DNA from: Promethearchaeia archaeon
GTDB lineage: Archaea; Asgardarchaeota; Lokiarchaeia; Sigyniarchaeales; SOKP01
Direction of reading: 5' to 3'
DNA length: 17,641 nt
Assembly: GCA_029856125.1 (NCBI GenBank)
Contig: JAHQWJ010000129.1
Span: 1 to 17,641 of the forward strand
The notes under the pieces: generated by a model
Told to the model about the DNA's origin: nothing
Seen by the model: only the letters and a program-made list of their open reading frames with translations
Database searches by the model: none
Position numbers and translations under genes: made by a program
In this document: in pieces, positions 15,412 through 17,641 of the stretch
Layout of the letters: every line of letters starts with the position of its first letter
How positions within the stretch are numbered: the first letter of the stretch is position 1

Positions 15412-16950
15412 TTAATATTCATATACTAATTGTTCCAGTAATACTTCCTTCAAACTATGGGCAACAGGACGTCCTTTTTTATGAATTGCTCGACCAACAA
15501 CAGCTTCGGCTGCTTCCAATACCATTTCTGAGAGTGTTGGATGGCTGTGTATTGTTTTTGTAAGATCTTCAACGCTCAATCCGTGTTGCATAGCAAGCGT
15601 AATTTCTGCAATTAATTCTGAAGCTCCCTCTCCAATACACGACGCACCAACTATTTGAAGTGTGTATTTATCTGCTAAAATAATTAAAAGTCCATTTTCT
15701 CCCATACACTTCGCTTTTCCAAGAGATTGATAAGGAAATTGTCCTACATATAAATCAATCCCTAGTTCTTTTGCTTCTTTTCTTTTAAGTCCAACCGTAC
15801 CGATGTTAGGGCTCGTGAAGATTGTGGAAGGAACAGCTCGATAGTTTGTTTTCGTTGGTTTTACTTGGAATTGGGTTAAACTAGAAAGAGCATTTGCAAC
15901 CGCAACATCACCCTCATAACTGGCAACATGAGCAAGCATAAGTCCTCCAGTTACATCACCAATTGCATATATCCCATTGACCGAAGTTTCTAATGTAGCA
16001 GGATCAACTTCAATTGCTCCCCTATTAGTCATAATTCCTAGTTTTTCTAAACCTAAATCTTTTGATAATTTATTTCTACCGATGGAAATCAAACAATAAT
16101 CTGATTCGTATGTAGATTTCTCTGCATCTTCAATTTCATTAATTGGAACAGAAGTAGAACAAGTTATCGCTTTCACATTTGAACCTGTATGTTCAACAGA
16201 TAATACATTTTGAGAAGTAACTATCTTAATGCCCATTAAATCGAATTTCTTTTTTAATTCCTTAATAATCATTGGTTCTTCCCCGGCTATAGGTGAAGGA
16301 AGGTACTCTAAAAGAGTTACTTTGCTTCCAAAATTCGCAAAAATATCTGCGAACTCACATCCTATTACTCCTGCGCCAATGATTAGCAAGTTTTCTGGAA
16401 TAACATTGAAATTAGGATCTAAAATGTCATCGCTTGTTAATATCCTTACATGATCAACATTAAAATTAGGAATTAATGCAGGAGTTGAACCTGTAGCAAT
16501 GATAACTCTTTTAGCAACAATAAACTCCTCGGCATTATCTCCTTGAATTAAAATCTCAAAACCAATTTCAGCATTACCTCCAAGAATTTTACCATATCCT
16601 TGATAAATGTCATTCTTCCAAGATTTTTGAAGATTCGCAATTCCAGCACCAAGTTCGTTTACAATTTTATTCTTTCGCTCAACAACCTTAGAAAAGTCTA
16701 CTTTACAGTCTCCAATACTGATGCCAAATTCTTCAGCATCGTGTAATTTTTCAAAATAATGTGCAGACGCAAGTAAAGCTTTTGTGGGAATACATCCTCG
16801 ATTTAAGCATGTTCCCCCTAACCTATTTTTTTCTATTAATGCAACTTTGGCTCCACATTGCGCAGCTCTAATAGCCGCATGATAACCGCCTGGCCCTGCA
16901 CCTATAATCGCTAAATCATATTCATTACTTAATGTTTCTTCTTTAAGCAT
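15412..16950 (-). CDS. lpdA: Dihydrolipoamide dehydrogenase (E3)
   Basis: IGAGPGGY, GGTCLNRGCIPTK redox disulfide, IGAGVIG NAD site, LAHVA, HPTLSE. Confidence 0.93.
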   Translation of the reverse strand: MLKEETLSNEYDLAIIGAGPGGYHAAIRAAQCGAKVALIEKNRLGGTCLNRGCIPTKALLASAHYFEKLHDAEEFGISIGDCKVDFSKVVERKNKIVNELGAGIANLQKSWKNDIYQGYGKILGGNAEIGFEILIQGDNAEEFIVAKRVIIATGSTPALIPNFNVDHVRILTSDDILDPNFNVIPENLLIIGAGVIGCEFADIFANFGSKVTLLEYLPSPIAGEEPMIIKELKKKFDLMGIKIVTSQNVLSVEHTGSNVKAITCSTSVPINEIEDAEKSTYESDYCLISIGRNKLSKDLGLEKLGIMTNRGAIEVDPATLETSVNGIYAIGDVTGGLMLAHVASYEGDVAVANALSSLTQFQVKPTKTNYRAVPSTIFTSPNIGTVGLKRKEAKELGIDLYVGQFPYQSLGKAKCMGENGLLIILADKYTLQIVGASCIGEGASELIAEITLAMQHGLSVEDLTKTIHSHPTLSEMVLEAAEAVVGRAIHKKGRPVAHSLKEVLLEQLVYEY

Positions 16951-16982
16951 TATTTTACCCCGTATTTACTTAAATAAGCTTT

Positions 16983-17641
16983 TTAATTAAGAGAATGTAA
17001 AAATTTTGACTTTTGAACAAATAATATGTTGGATTTAATGTTTTGTTCCTTTGCCTGCTTCACAATCTCAGCAAAAGTATTTTCTTCACCAAAATGAATA
17101 ACTGTTAACTCTTTACTATCTAGATTTTTAATCACTTGCAAAATTTTTGAAGTGAGAGCATCAGTTCTAATTTTTTGATTAATATAGTGCTTTAATTCCA
17201 TTATTTCATTTGAATAGGTATCAATTAAATAACTCAGCTCTTGCGCACTTGGAGTATTTCTATCTTTTAATGAATTATATTTACCCAATAGCTCATTAAA
17301 TTTGTTTTGAATTTTAAAAAGTTGATTTAAAAAATGCTCCTTTTCGTAATGCGGTAATTTTAAGGTAAAATAAGATATTCCATATTTATTTAATACTTTT
17401 GCAAAAGAAGTCTGATTGAATTCTTTTAAACTCATGTTTCCTAAATCTATAGTAGCAATGCGTACTGGTATAAGTTTAATTTTTTCCACAAATTCTTCAA
17501 TATACGTTTCTTGAACTATTGGTTCAATATCCCTCTTATACTCTTCTAAGCTTTTATCACTTGGAAAATGGGGTCCCCATGTACCACTGATGATTTTATA
17601 TTTTTCATTCCACCAATTAAGTGTCTCATTCTCTTCTAAAT
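16983..17641 (-). CDS. Hypothetical protein, 3' part (start lies beyond the window end)
   Basis: The frame of ORF 16983-17489 stays open to the window edge (LEENETLNWWNEKYKIISGTWGPHFPSD...). No family recognised. Confidence 0.7.
   Translation of the reverse strand, partial: LEENETLNWWNEKYKIISGTWGPHFPSDKSLEEYKRDIEPIVQETYIEEFVEKIKLIPVRIATIDLGNMSLKEFNQTSFAKVLNKYGISYFTLKLPHYEKEHFLNQLFKIQNKFNELLGKYNSLKDRNTPSAQELSYLIDTYSNEIMELKHYINQKIRTDALTSKILQVIKNLDSKELTVIHFGEENTFAEIVKQAKEQNIKSNILFVQKSKFLHSLN

Noticed and set aside
12543-16453. Short plus-strand ORFs 12543-12848, 13734-14015, 14346-14540, 16229-16453
   Set aside because: Antisense shadows of hdrA, frhB and lpdA.
16983-17489. GTG 17489 as the true start
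   Set aside because: The frame remains open to the window end, so the gene is probably 5'-truncated by the window.

Overview
AT-rich archaeal window, most consistent with an Asgard archaeon (Lokiarchaeia-like). This is an inference from archaeal ppcA, two FrhB-family genes, a Sec-HdrA with a 3'-UTR AUGA-type stem-loop, GGTGA-type SD sites and TATA boxes. Main result: the two 'separate' minus-strand ORFs at 13008-13511 and 11580-12992, plus an uncalled 5' part, are one 676-codon hdrA gene (13610->11580). It has TWO in-frame TGA codons at conserved Cys positions (CKU and CGIU), a SECIS-like hairpin right after its stop, and lies downstream of an frhB-family gene. Other notable items: (i) an FrhB fused to a C-terminal TrmB-like wHTH, preceded by a leaderless 28-aa Ile/Leu/Val-rich ORF and two hairpins; (ii) an MscL that appears circularly permuted; (iii) an MNT-HEPN cassette flanked by a synonymously recoded duplicate of the host vWA gene's 3' end; (iv) an unannotated Zn-ribbon microprotein and a CPIC..CPK(TGA)G remnant; (v) a recurring operator-like motif; (vi) a DsrE gene with a probable non-canonical ATA start. 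The rest is ppcA, a membrane hydrolase, DUF423, DsbA/FrnE, GNAT, an MBL hydrolase, MoxR/vWA and lpdA. All assignments are by eye; no searches were run.
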